The translations under genes and the position numbers were made by a program. A stretch of DNA of 63,705 nt, counting the filler. It is 4 parts of 4 records of this genome, joined end to end, with 100 filler letters (N's around TTAATTAATTAA, not from the genome) between each part and the next. Parts side by side here need not be neighbours in the genome. Positions count along the whole stretch, not along the records: positions 1 to 28,628 come from DRR723986_4748; 3 more parts are not named here. One strand, given 5' to 3'. The notes below the pieces were generated by a model. The model was not told the origin of the DNA and searched no databases. It saw nothing but the letters and a program-made list of their open reading frames with translations. Below, in pieces: positions 1-8,444 of this stretch (within the stretch, counting starts at the first letter, position 1; each line of letters opens with the position of its first letter).

Positions 1-153
1 TCAGCCGCTACGCGCCAGCGTGCGGTTCCCCCTGGTACAACTCAACGCGAAAACCGCAGGCTTGCGCCAGGCGGCTGATCGTTGCCTTGGCGGTTCCCCC
101 CTGATACAACCGAGCGCTAGAACCGCTGGCTGGCGCCGTGTGCTGATCGTTGC
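1..153. repeat. REP-like palindromic element with a partial tandem copy
   Basis: TCAGCCGC (1-8) pairs with GCGGCTGA (71-78), and the inner arms GCGCCAGCGTGCGGTT / AACCGCAGGCTTGCGC also pair. The unit GCGGTTCCCC...GCTGATCGTTGC starts at 22 and again at 90. Confidence 0.7.
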
Positions 154-334
154 GCGTATTTTGTGGGCTACTTCTAACATTATGGGCACATTATTCAAAC
201 TAACGCTAAACTATCGCCGATGCTGTGATGGTTGACTGGTGGTTTGGCGCTACGGGTGCGCCGCGGCTTGCCTTTGCTTGCATTGCTGCATTCTGAACCA
301 ACACGCAGTACAGCAGATATTGGGGAACAACAAG

Positions 335-1276
335 ATGCCACGTGGAAAAATATATTCCAACACTGCGACCGCCATTGGTGACACACCAATGATTCAGATC
401 AACCGTCTCGTTCCAGATGACGGTGCGACTGTGTTCGCAAAGTGCGAGTTCTTCCAACCGCTCAATAGCGTCAAGGACCGGATCGGCGCTGCGATGATCG
501 AGGCCGGTGAGCTAGACGGAAGCATCACTGCGGACACTCACATCATCGAGCCAACAAGTGGAAACACCGGAATTGCACTGGCTTTCGTTTGTGCCGCCAA
601 AGGCTATAAGCTCACCTTGACGATGCCTGAGAGCATGTCCGTGGAGCGACGAGCATTGCTACGAGCCATGGGGGCCAACCTCGTGCTCACGCCAGCAGCA
701 GAGGGCATGAAGGGCGCAATCACGCGCGCCGGCGAACTGCTGTCGGAAGACTCCAATGGTTTCATGCCGCAGCAGTTTGAAAACCCTGCAAATCCTGCAA
801 TCCATGAAAAAACGACTGGACCTGAAATCTGGGAAGACAGCGGACAGAAGATCGATGCAATCGTTGCCGGAGTCGGCACTGGTGGCACCATTTCCGGCGT
901 TTCGCGATTCCTCAAGAGCGTCAACCCGGACTTCAAGACGATCGCAGTAGAACCGGTTCACAGCCCTGTTATCAGCGGCGGTAGCCCTGGGAAGCACCGA
1001 ATCCAAGGCATCGGAGCAGGCTTCGTCCCCAAAAACCTCGACACCTCCCTGGTTGACGAAGTTGTCAAGGTGGACGATGAAGATGCCTTTGAGTGGGGCA
1101 AGAAATTGGCGAAACACGAGGGAATCGTCGCTGGAATCAGCAGCGGTGCTAACATGTGGGCCTCCGCTCAGATTGCGGCGCGTCCAGAATTCAAGGGCAA
1201 GCGGATCGTCACGATCATGTGTTCACTCGGAGAACGCTATCTGTCGACACCATTGTTCGGCGACTTGGGCACCTAG
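335..1276 (+). CDS. cysK: Cysteine synthase A
   Basis: SVKDRI (PLP lysine), EPTSGNTG, GVGTGGT and IQGIGAGF motifs. Start moved to the ATG at 335 (MPRGKIY). Confidence 0.95.
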   Translation: MPRGKIYSNTATAIGDTPMIQINRLVPDDGATVFAKCEFFQPLNSVKDRIGAAMIEAGELDGSITADTHIIEPTSGNTGIALAFVCAAKGYKLTLTMPESMSVERRALLRAMGANLVLTPAAEGMKGAITRAGELLSEDSNGFMPQQFENPANPAIHEKTTGPEIWEDSGQKIDAIVAGVGTGGTISGVSRFLKSVNPDFKTIAVEPVHSPVISGGSPGKHRIQGIGAGFVPKNLDTSLVDEVVKVDDEDAFEWGKKLAKHEGIVAGISSGANMWASAQIAARPEFKGKRIVTIMCSLGERYLSTPLFGDLGT

Positions 1277-1311
1277 CATGCCTGGGTAGTTCGAATCCAT
1301 ATTTTTATTGC

Positions 1312-1353
1312 CGGGCGGAGCAGCAGATGCGTTGTTCCGTCCGTTTTTGTTTT
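1312..1353 (+). terminator. Probable intrinsic terminator after cysK
   Basis: CGGGCGGAGCAGC / GTTGTTCCGTCCG hairpin with G-U pairs, followed by TTTTTGTTTT. Confidence 0.55.
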
Positions 1354-1369
1354 GTTAGCGAGATGAATT

Positions 1370-2740
1370 GTGCGAACAGCATACTTTGATACCGCCAGTG
1401 GCATTGCAGGCGATATGACTCTGTGCGCTTTGGTCGATTGTGGTGTTGATCCGCAGGCGCTGCAAACCGCCGTGGACTCACTCCAACTCGGAAAAGTACG
1501 CTTGGAGTTCACTGAGACGATGCGGCACTGTTTTCGAGCAGTGCGACTGGATGTCATTGAGGAGCAATCCCAGCACGTTCATCGCACGCTTCCGGATATT
1601 CTTGCCACATTGGAGAAGAGTTCGCTCAACGCTAAGCAACGAGATACTGCAGAGCGCATGTTCACTCGACTTGGCGAAGCGGAAGCAAGTGTGCACGGCA
1701 CAACCATCGACCAAGTTCACTTCCATGAAGTGGGCGCCGTCGATTCCATTGTTGATATCGTGTGCACCGCCGTGGCTCTAGACATCCTTGGTATTGATCG
1801 AATCGTGGCCGCCCCACCGGCTCTCGGTTGCGGCACCATTCATATCGCTCACGGGCCAGTGTCTGTCCCCGCCCCGGCTACCGAGTTCCTGATGCGTGGG
1901 CTTCCGATGCGTCAATCTGATATCGAAGCGGAACTGACGACACCGACGGGCGCTGCAATTCTGGCCACATTGGCAGATCGCTTTGGATCAATGCCGTCCA
2001 TGACAATCCAGTCGACAGGGTTTGGGGCAGGGCATAAGGATCTTTCGCAGCAGGCAAATGTACTGCGCGTCACGATTGGTGCTACTACCGAGACTAGCGA
2101 AGTGCATTATGGTGCAAGTCAGGAGAACGTCGTGGTACTAGAGACAAATGTCGACGACGCCACGGCGGAGGAGTTGGGACTAGCTGTGGATCAACTCCTT
2201 AAGCTCGGCGCTCTTGACGTTTTTACTCAGCCAATTGGAATGAAGAAGAATCGACCAGGTACGCTGATCACGGCTATTTGTCCGGCTGGCCTGGAGTCGC
2301 TGCTGACACGGAAGCTCTTCCTCCTTACCGGCAGCTTGGGCATTCGAATTCGTCACTCAACACGGGTCGTCCTGCCGCGGACGGTCAAGGAAGTCGTGAC
2401 TCCGTTTGGCACTGCGAAAGTCAAGATCTCCGCTCTGCAGGCACTGCAATCAGACGACCGCCCTTGGGAACTTGCGTTTGCACCTGAGTTTGAGGATGTT
2501 CAGCGACTGGCTGCGGACGCAAACGTGACATTCCGCAAGGTGAGAGACGCGGTGCGGCAAGCCGCCTTGGATCAATTCTCTGAGCTGGTTCCCGACGAAT
2601 CTTGGACCGGTGGCATTGATGGCGTTCCTCCACAGCAACCAGTGGCCGGTCAGCGTTTCCCGGCCTACCAGGGGCATGATCAGCATGACCACCACCACGA
2701 TCATCATCACGACCACCACCATGACCACCACCATCATTAA
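1370..2740 (+). CDS. larC: Nickel-pincer cofactor biosynthesis protein LarC (DUF111)
   Basis: GIAGDM, VHFHEVGAVDSIVD, ELTTPTGAAI, LETNVDD and MKKNRPG motifs. His-rich C-terminal tail. Confidence 0.9.
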   Translation: MRTAYFDTASGIAGDMTLCALVDCGVDPQALQTAVDSLQLGKVRLEFTETMRHCFRAVRLDVIEEQSQHVHRTLPDILATLEKSSLNAKQRDTAERMFTRLGEAEASVHGTTIDQVHFHEVGAVDSIVDIVCTAVALDILGIDRIVAAPPALGCGTIHIAHGPVSVPAPATEFLMRGLPMRQSDIEAELTTPTGAAILATLADRFGSMPSMTIQSTGFGAGHKDLSQQANVLRVTIGATTETSEVHYGASQENVVVLETNVDDATAEELGLAVDQLLKLGALDVFTQPIGMKKNRPGTLITAICPAGLESLLTRKLFLLTGSLGIRIRHSTRVVLPRTVKEVVTPFGTAKVKISALQALQSDDRPWELAFAPEFEDVQRLAADANVTFRKVRDAVRQAALDQFSELVPDESWTGGIDGVPPQQPVAGQRFPAYQGHDQHDHHHDHHHDHHHDHHHH

Positions 2741-2870
2741 CAGCCCTACTGTTTAAGCGCTTCCGTTGCCGAGCCGGAAATTTGGACAAGCCGCACTGCT
2801 GTGGCTTCTGCCCAAGCGACGATTCGACTGATTGATAGCTTCTGTCAGAATCAAGCTGAGCGGCACTGGA

Positions 2871-3419
2871 ATGGAAGACAACAACACTTTTTCATCCATC
2901 ATGATGTGGGCGGGTCTGGCCATTGTCGGATGGCTTTGGCTTCGCGGAAGGCTGCGCCGCAGGAAGGTAGCAGCCGAGCTCAAGGTTGGCTCGCTGAAAT
3001 TCAACGGTGAAGCAAAGCTCAAACCCAATCAGTTTGAGGGCACCAAATCTCTAGGTGCACCGCCGGAAGTCCTCAAATGGCAAGTGGAACTGCACGACCT
3101 CGGACGGCAGCTCAAGGGAGAAATCGACAGCAAGCTTCTTGCGGCCCAGCATGTCAATCGTCGCATTGACGAAGCAACCCAACGTCTTGGTGAGCTCCTG
3201 AAGATGGCGGACGAGATCGACGGACATTCCCTCCAAGTTGCCCGACAAGCCTCCAGCGACTACGCCAAGATTCGCCAACTCTCATCAGCAGGTTGGTCAC
3301 TTGAACGAATCAGCCAAGCGATGGGCTACAGCGCAACTGACATCAAACTCCTACTCGACGAAGCCAACAGCCCAAACGCAACAAGTAGTTCGAAGTCGGG
3401 TGCGGTTGAATCTCCCTAA
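2871..3419 (+). CDS. Hypothetical membrane-anchored protein (TM helix, coiled coil, possible C-terminal HTH)
   Basis: N-terminal hydrophobic helix. The C-terminal GWSLERISQAMG segment looks HTH-like. Confidence 0.6.
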   Translation: MEDNNTFSSIMMWAGLAIVGWLWLRGRLRRRKVAAELKVGSLKFNGEAKLKPNQFEGTKSLGAPPEVLKWQVELHDLGRQLKGEIDSKLLAAQHVNRRIDEATQRLGELLKMADEIDGHSLQVARQASSDYAKIRQLSSAGWSLERISQAMGYSATDIKLLLDEANSPNATSSSKSGAVESP

Positions 3420-3579
3420 ACTGTGTGTCGAACCGAGAACCAGCACTTAGACGAACGAACAGCATTGAATTCAGACTGCGTTCGGAGTGAACCGCCTCGC
3501 GGACAGTGCTACCATGGTCATTTGCGTAACGAAATAGAAACGCAGAAATGATGTGCTGCGGCAATCAGCCGCTCTCCAC

Positions 3580-3629
3580 TTTCCGCACTTACGGTTTCAC
3601 CTTGTTTCCGCACTTACGGTTTCACCTTG
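3580..3629. repeat. Perfect 25-bp tandem duplication
   Basis: TTTCCGCACTTACGGTTTCACCTTG at 3580-3604 and 3605-3629. Confidence 0.9.
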
Positions 3630-3655
3630 CTCCCATCTCGCATGAAGGACTGGCG

Positions 3656-4000
3656 ATGCTTTACGACGGCCCTATTGATCGTGAAGCACTGATTGATTTG
3701 GACTCGCTGGCTGAGTCCGGTGCAATGCATTACACTTTCTTTGCGTTCCCCAAATCTATACTAAACGCCCAAGGGCTGCCCGCTGATATGGAAGCCCAAC
3801 GTTACATCGCGGCCGTTCAGGCAACTGGCGTTCCAATTGGCATCTGGCTCAACTCGCCAGTTGAAGACACCGGTTACGCGGCAGTGACCAGGCAGAACAT
3901 ATCACTGCTCCAAAGCTCTCTGGAGCGTCTTCCGTTTCCCGACTCGTACGCCTCCGATCTGTGTGAGAAACTGCTGCACCAAGCAAGGCGTGCTGAATAG
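3656..4000 (+). CDS. Hypothetical protein
   Basis: ATG preceded by GAAGGA. Globular-looking ORF with no recognised motif. Confidence 0.55.
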   Translation: MLYDGPIDREALIDLDSLAESGAMHYTFFAFPKSILNAQGLPADMEAQRYIAAVQATGVPIGIWLNSPVEDTGYAAVTRQNISLLQSSLERLPFPDSYASDLCEKLLHQARRAE

Positions 4001-4307
4001 CTCAACTTCGACGAACCTCCAAACTGCTCTTGTTTCTGTCGAACCTCTATTGATTAGTGCCCATGTTGAGGGCGGCGCAGGCCCCGCGTGCGACCGTCGC
4101 CCCCTTCTACGGTGTTGCGGGCGTCGAGCCTGGTGCGGGCATCGAGTCTAGCGATTTTGATGATTTTGCGACCAAAGGTGTCGCTGACGAAAGCAATAAC
4201 TGACCTCTCACCGTCGCCCCGGCCACTGCGAACCCGAGCTTTTATCCCAGCTTCGTGTTTCGTAAGGGCAGGGCAGCTACAATTGCTAGCTAACCAGAGG
4301 TCGTTCT

Positions 4308-5132
4308 ATGTCATCATCATTGCCCAAACAACCACAGCCATTGCCTGCGATGCGCGATCGCCAGGCAAGCTTAATGAGTAAATTGAGCCGTGAGATTGAC
4401 TGTTTGGTCACGGCAGGACAGACCAAGAATGACAAGCATGCCGTGTCCACCGGATGCGACGCGATGGATGCTCTCCTGCCTGGAGGAGGCTACGTGCCGG
4501 GCAGCATCGTCGAATACCTACGCCATGCTCCGGCCAGTGGTGCGACGCATTTGGCCCTATTGGCGGCACGCCAGGCGATGAAAGCGACCGGCGGATTCTT
4601 GGTCGTCGTTGATCACCTTGAACAGATATTTCCACCTAAGTTACAGGCACTGGGAATCGACCTTAAGAAAGTCATCTTTGTTCGGCCAGCCTCTGACGTT
4701 GATGCCATTTGGTCCGTCGACCAAGCACTTCGAACCCCAGCGGTAGCTGCCGTCTTCGCAGAAATTCCCAGGCTGGACGATCAAGCGGCGCGAAGGATGC
4801 AGTTGGCTGCTGAACGTGGTGAGGGGTTAGGACTATTGGTCCGCAGTGCGGCCGCGCGAAAGGCACCAAGCTGGGCAGAAGTGCAGTGGCTTGTTCGTTT
4901 CGTGGGACGACCACGCACCAGCCCTCTAGGCGATTTGGCCAGCCGCAATTCACCAACCGACGATCGTTACCTACAAATGCGACTTGCGCGGGCAAAGGGC
5001 ACCAACGCAGGCAAGGCGCTGATGATTAAGATCAGCGGCACTACGGGAGGCGTCTCTGAGTTCCGTCCTGCCTCCAAAGCTCCAAACTCCCGCATTCTGG
5101 AATCGGCTCCCCTGCGCAATGGCGTTGCCTAA
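4308..5132 (+). CDS. imuA: ImuA (RecA/SulA-like mutasome protein)
   Basis: STGCDAMDALLPGGG, degenerate P-loop (ASGAT) and AARRMQLAAE. Lies directly upstream of imuB. Confidence 0.85.
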   Translation: MSSSLPKQPQPLPAMRDRQASLMSKLSREIDCLVTAGQTKNDKHAVSTGCDAMDALLPGGGYVPGSIVEYLRHAPASGATHLALLAARQAMKATGGFLVVVDHLEQIFPPKLQALGIDLKKVIFVRPASDVDAIWSVDQALRTPAVAAVFAEIPRLDDQAARRMQLAAERGEGLGLLVRSAAARKAPSWAEVQWLVRFVGRPRTSPLGDLASRNSPTDDRYLQMRLARAKGTNAGKALMIKISGTTGGVSEFRPASKAPNSRILESAPLRNGVA

Positions 5133-5161
5133 AGCGTTACCTTAAACACCGCAGCAACACC

Positions 5162-6943
5162 GTGTCTTTACCGCGACGGAAAAGCAGGAAACACCAACCG
5201 CGATTTGCCTGCATTTGGCTACCCAACTGGCCGCTCCAGCGCGTGCTCGCTGAAAATCAAGAACTTGCCGCCCAGCCGATTCTGCTAGCCGCTCGTGACG
5301 CACGGCGTGGGATGCTGGTTCGGGCCGCCAGTAAAGCGACACGTCAAGCGGGAATTCGCGTCGGCATGAAACTCAGCGAGGCCCGAGCGCTGGCTCCGGA
5401 GTCGACTGTACTGCCCCACGAGCCAGACGATGATCTGGATGCGCTCTGCCATCTCTGTGAATCGGCTCAGATGTTCAGCCCGATTGTCGGCATCGAACAA
5501 CTGGGAAAAGATCCGTGGGCCGGACGCCCACTGTTCTCTCCCCAAGCGCTCCTGCTGGATGTAACTGGAGTCGCACCGCTGTTTGGTGGTGAACAGCAAC
5601 TATGCAGCGCAATGAGCAACTATCTTCAGCAACAACACCTTTTTGGTTGTATTGCCATCGCACCGACTATCGGCAGCGCCTGGGCAGCCGCAAACTGGGG
5701 GCTGCGTTCCGCACCGCCATCACAAGATACCAATGCATCTGAAGAATCCGAATTGACAACGCCAGCTAGCTGGTATCAAGTGGTCGAAGATGTGGGAGAC
5801 CTTGATACTCTACCTGCCGAGTCGATGCGCTTGGATGTTAAGACCATCGAGCAACTGCACAAACTCGGGTGCCGCACCATTGCTGACGTGAAGCAGCTAC
5901 CGCGGAGCGGCGTTGCCAACCGACTTGGCGCGACTCTGCTGAAACGAAGCGATCAACTGGTTGATCCCGCTAGCGAAACGGTGGTAACACACGCCGCAAG
6001 TGAAGCGTACCAGTTCCACCATGCTTTGGAGTATCCTACCGAAGATGTTGACATTCTGGCTGAGTCTCTCCGGCGGCTATGTCATCAACTTGGCGAGAAG
6101 CTTTCGAAAAGTAGTGATGGCGCACTGCGACTGGTCTGTCTTCTCGAACAACTTGCCGCACCTCCAGTGTTGATTCAAATCGGATTCTTTCGGCCAACCC
6201 AGGATCCAGTACACCTTTCAAGTCTACTATGCGGACAACTCAATCAGCAGCTTGCAAGAACGCCCGTTGCCGCAGTACAACGCACCGTACTGCAAGCAAC
6301 CCTGACGGCTCCGCTGGTTTGGCGACAAGCGGATCTTTTTGATCAATCTCCCGGCGCAACGGACGCTCAAATAGCATCCCTGGTGGACAGTCTATCAGCG
6401 AGAATGGGGCGAGGTCGGGTGCTGGCGGCAACCGTCAGACGCGACGCACAACCAGAGTTCAGCTTTGCCTTCCGGCCACTAACCGGCCTGCGACGGACTG
6501 GCACCGCCCAAGACACTGGGCGAAAAATAAGTTCACGTTTGGCAACCCGCCGCGCCGAACCCTCACCAACCGATCCGTTGCGCCGCCCAACACACTTACT
6601 CAATCCACCAATTGAAATTGAACTGCGTACGGTTACTCAACATGCCCAGCACTCCAAAGAGTATTCCCAGCAGTCCATAGAATCCCAACAGCAAACTGCA
6701 CCGCAACAACGCAGCGACGCGGAATCGAAATCGGCTGGGACGCAACGCCTCCAGTTCTTTTACCGCCAGAACTGGCACACGGTCGTCAGCCGCGAAGGAC
6801 CGGAGCGATTGGAAAGCGGTTGGTGGAAGGGCCCAAGTGCGCGGCGCGACTACTACCGCTTCGTCACTGCCGACGGATGCTGGTGGTGGGTCTATCGTGA
6901 CATGACCGACAGCCGCTGGTTCCTGCACGGACAATTTGATTGA
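5162..6943 (+). CDS. imuB: ImuB, catalytically inactive Y-family DNA polymerase homolog
   Basis: CIWLPNWPLQ N-terminus, QADLF clamp-like motif, and GPERLESGWW...RDYYR...WFLHG C-terminus. Confidence 0.9.
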   Translation: MSLPRRKSRKHQPRFACIWLPNWPLQRVLAENQELAAQPILLAARDARRGMLVRAASKATRQAGIRVGMKLSEARALAPESTVLPHEPDDDLDALCHLCESAQMFSPIVGIEQLGKDPWAGRPLFSPQALLLDVTGVAPLFGGEQQLCSAMSNYLQQQHLFGCIAIAPTIGSAWAAANWGLRSAPPSQDTNASEESELTTPASWYQVVEDVGDLDTLPAESMRLDVKTIEQLHKLGCRTIADVKQLPRSGVANRLGATLLKRSDQLVDPASETVVTHAASEAYQFHHALEYPTEDVDILAESLRRLCHQLGEKLSKSSDGALRLVCLLEQLAAPPVLIQIGFFRPTQDPVHLSSLLCGQLNQQLARTPVAAVQRTVLQATLTAPLVWRQADLFDQSPGATDAQIASLVDSLSARMGRGRVLAATVRRDAQPEFSFAFRPLTGLRRTGTAQDTGRKISSRLATRRAEPSPTDPLRRPTHLLNPPIEIELRTVTQHAQHSKEYSQQSIESQQQTAPQQRSDAESKSAGTQRLQFFYRQNWHTVVSREGPERLESGWWKGPSARRDYYRFVTADGCWWWVYRDMTDSRWFLHGQFD

Positions 6944-6978
6944 ATTGCCCCACCAGAACGCCCCAATACACGATAAAA

Positions 6979-8382
6979 CTAGCCAAGCAATTCAGGCATC
7001 GCTTCACTCGCTCCGGCAAAGGTGCTAGTTTCGACGCCAAGCTGCCTGAGCATGGTGATGAAGACGCGAGTCAGCGGTTGGTCATCCTGCTTAATCTCTC
7101 TCGTGAACGGCTCAGGTCCACCGCTCCATGCCCCACGAACCGGATCGGCTGCGTAGTTCAAATAGCGCCCATGCTTAAAGCCTAGGTTCTTGCCACCTGC
7201 AAGCACTATTGGATAGTTGCGAGAGGTGTGAAAAGCGCTCGATGCCGAGCCGAAGAGCAGCAATGAATTGTCTAGCATGGTTCCTGTCCCGGCCGGTTCC
7301 GGCGTATCCCGCATGCGTGTGACCAAGCGTGCGAACTCTTCGTTGAGAAAACGACAGTACTTACCAAGTCGCTCCCATCCGCCGGGCGACTTTGTGTCGT
7401 GTGTCAGATGGTGCGCCAGATTGAAGCCGACGGCCCTAGCGAGGCGATCACTTACGCCGACACCATTTTCGCGTCCGATCTGGTAGGTCGCGACTCGGGT
7501 GGAGTCCGTCTTAAACGCAAGATAAATCATATCCAACATGGTTTGGACGTAGAGCCGTGGTGTTTCCGGCAACACATCTTGGGCAAGCTCATAGTCTCCT
7601 GCACTTGGCGGAGGCATGTTGACCCACTGCTGCGCTTTCTTGACACGCAATTCGGCTTCGCGAACCGAATCCATATACTCGTCCAACCGCCGCTTGTCCG
7701 CAGAAGAAAGCGAACGACGAAGTTCACTGGCATCTTCAAGCATATCGTCCAGCGCGCTTTCGCTGATGGCTAACCGGCGAGCTGCATCAACGCCGCTTTT
7801 GACAAACAGCATGTCGAACACGCGTTTCGGACTCTGCTCGGCCGGTATCGCCCGTCCAGAACGGCTGAATGAGAGCGTCTGGGCTCCTCGAGGAGTACCG
7901 ATTCCGCCATCGGTAGACATCACCAACGATGCAAACCTGGTCTGGTCGCCAATGTATTCCGCGTATGCCTGGTCGAGTGAAATCGAATTCTCGTACGGCC
8001 CCTCTCGGCGAATTCTTGCAGCGGTAAGAAACTGATCAGCGTTCCGGTGGCCGTGCACCTTGCGAGCGTGCGGGTGAGAAAACCCGGACAAGATTGTCAT
8101 ATCGTCCCGAATCGGTTCGAAAACGTCGGTGCACTTGGTAAACGAGAACTCCTGGCCGCCACCGTGAGGGAACCAAGACCAATCGTGAAAGGCAGGATCT
8201 TCCTGCAACGGCATTGGGACTCCGTCGGGAAAGTAAATACAAGCCAGACGCCGCGGGCTGTCATCCGCTACCGCAGATGCACCAGCAAGATCCAAGGTAG
8301 ACGTCAGCAAGGGCAGGGCAAGTGCGGTCCCACTTCCACGCAAGAAACGTCGTCGGTCGAGCTGACTAAATGTAACAGGCAT
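6979..8382 (-). CDS. DUF1552 family protein with twin-Arg leader
   Basis: LDRRRFLRGSGTALALPLL, ISLDQ, LDEYMDSVRE and MLDNSLLLFGS motifs. Confidence 0.85.
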   Translation of the reverse strand: MPVTFSQLDRRRFLRGSGTALALPLLTSTLDLAGASAVADDSPRRLACIYFPDGVPMPLQEDPAFHDWSWFPHGGGQEFSFTKCTDVFEPIRDDMTILSGFSHPHARKVHGHRNADQFLTAARIRREGPYENSISLDQAYAEYIGDQTRFASLVMSTDGGIGTPRGAQTLSFSRSGRAIPAEQSPKRVFDMLFVKSGVDAARRLAISESALDDMLEDASELRRSLSSADKRRLDEYMDSVREAELRVKKAQQWVNMPPPSAGDYELAQDVLPETPRLYVQTMLDMIYLAFKTDSTRVATYQIGRENGVGVSDRLARAVGFNLAHHLTHDTKSPGGWERLGKYCRFLNEEFARLVTRMRDTPEPAGTGTMLDNSLLLFGSASSAFHTSRNYPIVLAGGKNLGFKHGRYLNYAADPVRGAWSGGPEPFTREIKQDDQPLTRVFITMLRQLGVETSTFAGASEAMPELLG

Positions 8383-8444
8383 TTGAGTATTCCTGCGAAA
8401 ATGTCTATCGGAATGTCTTCCGGTGTAATTTCTTGTGATCCGTG

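Noticed and set aside
1..153. Possible CRISPR array (GCGGTTCCCC units 68 bp apart)
   Set aside because: Only two degenerate units, similar sequence between them and no cas genes. A REP-like element fits better.
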